From an uncultured bacterium (GTDB lineage Bacteria > Omnitrophota > Gorgyraeia > Zapsychrales > Aceulaceae), in contig CALGLP010000013.1 in the NCBI GenBank assembly GCA_937930175.1, forward strand, positions 11,764 through 75,763: DNA of 64,000 bases. Direction: 5' to 3'. Below, piece after piece: positions 60,557-64,000 of the stretch. The notes under the pieces are model-generated. The model was given only the letters and a program-made list of their open reading frames with translations. It was not told where the DNA came from and ran no database searches. The first letter of the stretch is position 1, and each line of letters opens with the position of its first letter. Position numbers and translations under genes: made by a program.

Positions 60557-61142
60557 GAAGCGCTTAAGCCCTGAAGCTGTGGCGCTTAATTTTTTTGCAG
60601 AAGCTGGGCTTCTTAAAAAAGTCAAGCGCAGCGGCTGGTGGGTCGCCGGCATCAAGGATCCTGAAAGCGTTGCGGACCATTCTTTTCGTTGCGCGATGAT
60701 TGCTTATTGGATGGCGCACGCGGAGAAGGTTAGTCCGTATCGTTGTCTTGTCATGGCTCTTTTTAATGATATTCATGAAGCCCGTATTAATGATCTGCAC
60801 AAGATGGGGCATTATTATATTGATTTTAAGAAGGCCGAGCAAAAAGTCTTCCAAGATCAGGTGAAAGATTTTGGGCCTAGTTTGAAAAAAGAAATGATTC
60901 AACTGCGTGAAGAGTATGATGCGCAAAAGACAAAAGCGAGCCTGATTGCCCGCGACGCGGATATTTTAGAGTGCCTGATCCAAGCCAAAGAATATGATCA
61001 AGAGGGATATGCTAAGGCCAAGACGTTTTTAAGGCGAGCCCCTTTTTATTTAAAAACTAAAAGCGCGCAAAGGCTCTGGAAACAATTAATCAATTGGGAT
61101 AGTGCTTCGTGGTGGCAACATGTTGTTAAATTTGAGCGTTAA
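60525..61142 (+). CDS. HD-domain phosphohydrolase (YfbR-like)
   Basis: ESVADHSFRCAMIAYWMAH...NDIHEARINDL carries the HD motif. Confidence 0.6.
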   Translation: MKSRVRKNNAKKRLSPEAVALNFFAEAGLLKKVKRSGWWVAGIKDPESVADHSFRCAMIAYWMAHAEKVSPYRCLVMALFNDIHEARINDLHKMGHYYIDFKKAEQKVFQDQVKDFGPSLKKEMIQLREEYDAQKTKASLIARDADILECLIQAKEYDQEGYAKAKTFLRRAPFYLKTKSAQRLWKQLINWDSASWWQHVVKFER

Positions 61143-61145
61143 TCT

Positions 61146-61940
61146 ATGGGTTTGATTTCTTTTTTAAAATGTAGTGTTGTTGTTCCTTTGTGCTTCTTTG
61201 TCATGGGATGTACAACCATTTATAACCCTGCCACAGGTAAGCAGGAGTCCCTTTTTCTTTCCACGGAAACGGAAGTTTCTATGGGGCAAGATCTTAATAA
61301 AAGTCTTGTTCAAGAATACACTTTTTCAACCAATACCAAGAAGGTAAGTCGGCTTAAAGATATAGGATGCCGTCTTTCTGCGGTGTCTGATCGTCAAGAC
61401 TATGGGTATCATTTTTATTTAGTTGAAAAAGAGGATTTGAATGCCTTCACAACTCCTGGTGGATTCGTGTATGTTTATACAGGACTTTTTGACAAGCTTA
61501 AGACGGATGATGCGATTGCTGCCGTTGTCGCGCATGAGCTTGGTCATTGCGCTGCGCGCCATATTGCAAAAAAGTTTCAAGCGTCGTTAACGTATAATAT
61601 CATTGGTGCTATTGTTTTTTCCCAGGTTGATGCTCAGGCGAGGGCCCTTGCCGCACAGTCTGCGGATGTCGCCATGAATCTTGTTTTTACGGCATTTAGC
61701 CGCAAAGATGAATACCAAGCCGATAGCTTAGGGATTAAGTATCTTTTCTTGGCAGGGTATAACCTAGATGGTATGATAGAGGCATTCGAGCTTTTGCAAA
61801 AAGAGGCCAAGGGTGATCAAATGCCTCTTTGGCTAAGAACACATCCTTATATTGAGGATAGGATAAAGCGCGTTAAAGATGAGATTGTTTTGGCGCCTTC
61901 TCGTTATGGTCAAGGTCAAACAAAGTCGCTAACTCCGTAA
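61146..61940 (+). CDS. M48-family zinc metallopeptidase, lipoprotein
   Basis: Lipobox VMGCTT. HELGHCAARH (HExxH) plus a downstream Glu. Confidence 0.75.
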   Translation: MGLISFLKCSVVVPLCFFVMGCTTIYNPATGKQESLFLSTETEVSMGQDLNKSLVQEYTFSTNTKKVSRLKDIGCRLSAVSDRQDYGYHFYLVEKEDLNAFTTPGGFVYVYTGLFDKLKTDDAIAAVVAHELGHCAARHIAKKFQASLTYNIIGAIVFSQVDAQARALAAQSADVAMNLVFTAFSRKDEYQADSLGIKYLFLAGYNLDGMIEAFELLQKEAKGDQMPLWLRTHPYIEDRIKRVKDEIVLAPSRYGQGQTKSLTP

Positions 61941-61945
61941 AATTT

Positions 61946-62233
61946 ATGCGAAGAATTGGAACCGCTGCTAGTCATATCGCCAAAGGAAATCTTGTTCTTT
62001 ATTATTTTTTTGTTGGCTTGATCTCTTTTCTCTTTTCATTGGTTGTTTTTCTAATTTCAGGCTTAGCGATTGCCTTAGGGCTTGTGATCATTGCTTTTTT
62101 GACACGTAATGCGTCGATTATTGATTTGAAACATGGGGTGAGCTCGCCGATCTTGATATGTATGATGTTTTTAGCCGTGGCGATTGGGCTATTTAATCTT
62201 TATGCAATTGGAATGAATATTAAATTAAAATAA
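61946..62233 (+). CDS. Small membrane protein, hypothetical
   Basis: Three hydrophobic helices; no family recognised. Confidence 0.35.
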   Translation: MRRIGTAASHIAKGNLVLYYFFVGLISFLFSLVVFLISGLAIALGLVIIAFLTRNASIIDLKHGVSSPILICMMFLAVAIGLFNLYAIGMNIKLK

Positions 62234-62245
62234 AATAAGACATCC

Positions 62246-63823
62246 ATGGCCGAATCCTTTTTTAAGTTTGAAAATCTCATTAATAATCTTGATATCAGTA
62301 TTTTTCGCTGCTCACTCGATGCCCACGGACATTTTCTTTTTGCCAACCTGGCTTTTGGGCGCATGCTTGGATTTTCTGCTCAAGAGTTATTGTCGATGAA
62401 TCTTAAAGGCGTTCTTGAGCATACAGACGATTTAAATCGCTTAACGACCAAGATTTGTAGCGAAGGCTATGTCAAAAACGAGTGGATCAATTTTAAAAAA
62501 AGCAACGGCCAAATTATTCAGTGCTCGATGAATGCTGTCTTGGTCAAGGACAAGGAAGAAAAGAATTTGATCATTGATGGTGTTGTCGAGGACATTACAG
62601 AGCATAAAAAAGCTCGTGAAGGTCTTTTGCAAGCAAAAATTGCTGCGGAAGAAGCCAATAGCGCCAAGAGTATGTTTTTGGCTAACATGTCCCATGAGGT
62701 TCGAACGCCGATGAACGCTGTTATTGGCATGTTGGATATGACGCTTGAGACGGACTTGACGGAGGATCAAAAAGATAATTTAAATACGGCTAAGGAGGCT
62801 GCGGATAATCTTTTGAATTTGCTTAATGATATTTTGGATATTTCTCGCGTCGAAGCTGGAAAAATTAAGCTTGAGCATATTGAATTTAATTTGTGGAAAG
62901 TCACGGAAAGCGTTACGAAGGGGCTTTCGGTTTTAGCAAACAAAAAAAATATTAAATTATCGTCTTGCATCCATCCTGGTGTTCCTCGTTTTGTGATTGG
63001 GGACTCAACCCGATTGCGTCAGATTATTATTAATCTGGTGAACAATGCCATTAAATTTACCCATGAGGGGAAAGTTGAGATTGGCATGGAGGCTGAGGCC
63101 GTATCCGAAGATGAAGTGAAGATTACGGTTTCCGTTTCTGATACAGGTATCGGTATTCCTAAGGACAAGCAAGCTCTCATTTTTGATGTTTTTACACAGG
63201 CGGATACGTCCATTACGCGTAAATATGGCGGAACTGGCTTAGGACTTGCGATTTGTAAAAAGCTTGTTGAAATGATGGGCGGCCAGATTTGGATTGAAAG
63301 CGAGGAGGGCGTGGGAAGTACCTTTCGTTTCACGGTTCTTATGAGGGTCAGCTTAAAGTCTGAGTCAACGCTTGTTCCTGGCGAAGATATGGTTCCTGCG
63401 CCTTTGAAAAAGGATATTGGGTCCAAGGGGTTGCGCATATTAAATATTTTATTAGCTGAAGATAATCCCTTGAATCAGAAAATCGCTGCGAAGCTTCTAG
63501 GAAAAAAGGGATGGCTCGTTACAGTTGCTCTGAATGGTCAAGAGGCTTTAGATCAGCTATCTGAAAAAAGCTTTGATCTTGTTTTAATGGATGTCCAGAT
63601 GCCAGTTTTGGATGGGTTTGAAACAACAAAGATTATTCGTCTTAAAGAGCAAGAGTCAGGAGGACATATCCCCATTATTGCGATGACGGCTCGGGCTATG
63701 GCAGAAGATGAGAAAAAGTGTCTTGACGCAGGCATGGATGCCTATATTTCTAAGCCTATTGATGCCGCAAAGGTTTATGATACCATTGAGAAGATGATGG
63801 ACAAGACTGAAGGGTCAGGGTGA
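62246..63823 (+). CDS. Hybrid sensor histidine kinase/response regulator with PAS domain
   Basis: PAS; H-box MSHEVRTPMNAV; N, G1, G2 boxes (NAIKFT, DTGIGI, GTGLGL); C-terminal REC domain (DDNPLNQK...LMDVQMP). Confidence 0.85.
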   Translation: MAESFFKFENLINNLDISIFRCSLDAHGHFLFANLAFGRMLGFSAQELLSMNLKGVLEHTDDLNRLTTKICSEGYVKNEWINFKKSNGQIIQCSMNAVLVKDKEEKNLIIDGVVEDITEHKKAREGLLQAKIAAEEANSAKSMFLANMSHEVRTPMNAVIGMLDMTLETDLTEDQKDNLNTAKEAADNLLNLLNDILDISRVEAGKIKLEHIEFNLWKVTESVTKGLSVLANKKNIKLSSCIHPGVPRFVIGDSTRLRQIIINLVNNAIKFTHEGKVEIGMEAEAVSEDEVKITVSVSDTGIGIPKDKQALIFDVFTQADTSITRKYGGTGLGLAICKKLVEMMGGQIWIESEEGVGSTFRFTVLMRVSLKSESTLVPGEDMVPAPLKKDIGSKGLRILNILLAEDNPLNQKIAAKLLGKKGWLVTVALNGQEALDQLSEKSFDLVLMDVQMPVLDGFETTKIIRLKEQESGGHIPIIAMTARAMAEDEKKCLDAGMDAYISKPIDAAKVYDTIEKMMDKTEGSG

Positions 63824-63999
63824 TGGATAGCGAGATTATTGGAATCAAGGATGTTCTTTATCGGCTTCAAGGGGATAAGGAGCTTTTGCTTGAGCTTGTT
63901 CAAATCTTTCTAGAGGATGCCCCACAGAGGTTTAAAGACGTTGCTGCGCTCATTGAAAAGGGTGATTTTCTTGAGCTGGCTGATGCAGCGCACTCGGTT
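63823..63999 (+). CDS. Hpt phosphotransfer domain protein; partial, continues beyond the window
   Basis: ATG overlaps the kinase stop (TGATG). ...LLLELVQIFLEDAPQRFKDVAALIEKGDFLELADAAHS is an Hpt helix pattern. Confidence 0.55.
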   Translation, partial: MDSEIIGIKDVLYRLQGDKELLLELVQIFLEDAPQRFKDVAALIEKGDFLELADAAHSV

Positions 64000-64000
64000 A

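Overview
This is about 64 kb of bacterial chromosome with low GC (roughly mid-40s %). Almost every gene is on the + strand, and the segment carries didermic-envelope genes (lptD, an mlaEFD-like ABC system, mscS); coordinates of non-coding features carry a +/-2 nt uncertainty from hand counting. The content in order is: miaA-hflX; a four-gene locus of signal-peptide proteins that I read as a divergent SCPU/Csu-like (archaic chaperone-usher) surface-fibre system with an atypical 1078-aa outer-membrane protein; next to it, on the minus strand, a c-di-GMP-I (GEMM) riboswitch-like leader with an intrinsic terminator controlling a small secreted-protein gene; a compact heat-shock regulon (hspR, CIRCE-hsp20-clpB, CIRCE-hrcA-grpE-[nonsense-interrupted four-helix-bundle gene]-dnaK-dnaJ); accD; an orphan MalK-like ABC ATPase; two tandem GAF-GGDEF diguanylate cyclases; ROK glucokinase; lptD; a ~14 kb nucleotide-sugar/heptose locus (ugd, rfbB, a WecC-like dehydrogenase, uxs, fcl, an epimerase, split transketolase, a B12-radical SAM enzyme, an HddA-like kinase, an HddC-like nucleotidyltransferase, a DegT aminotransferase, gmhB, a GT28 glycosyltransferase); a PriA homologue lacking helicase ATPase motifs; fmt; tandem galT paralogues; housekeeping genes (gap, gpmA, trxA, panD, def, lipA); a lipid-transport/membrane block; ybaB, greA, rlmB; and a hybrid histidine kinase plus the start of an Hpt gene. 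No rRNA, tRNA, CRISPR array or obvious mobile element was seen. The most interesting candidates for a new system are the SCPU-like pilus locus with its unusual outer-membrane component, and the adjacent c-di-GMP riboswitch-controlled small secreted protein.
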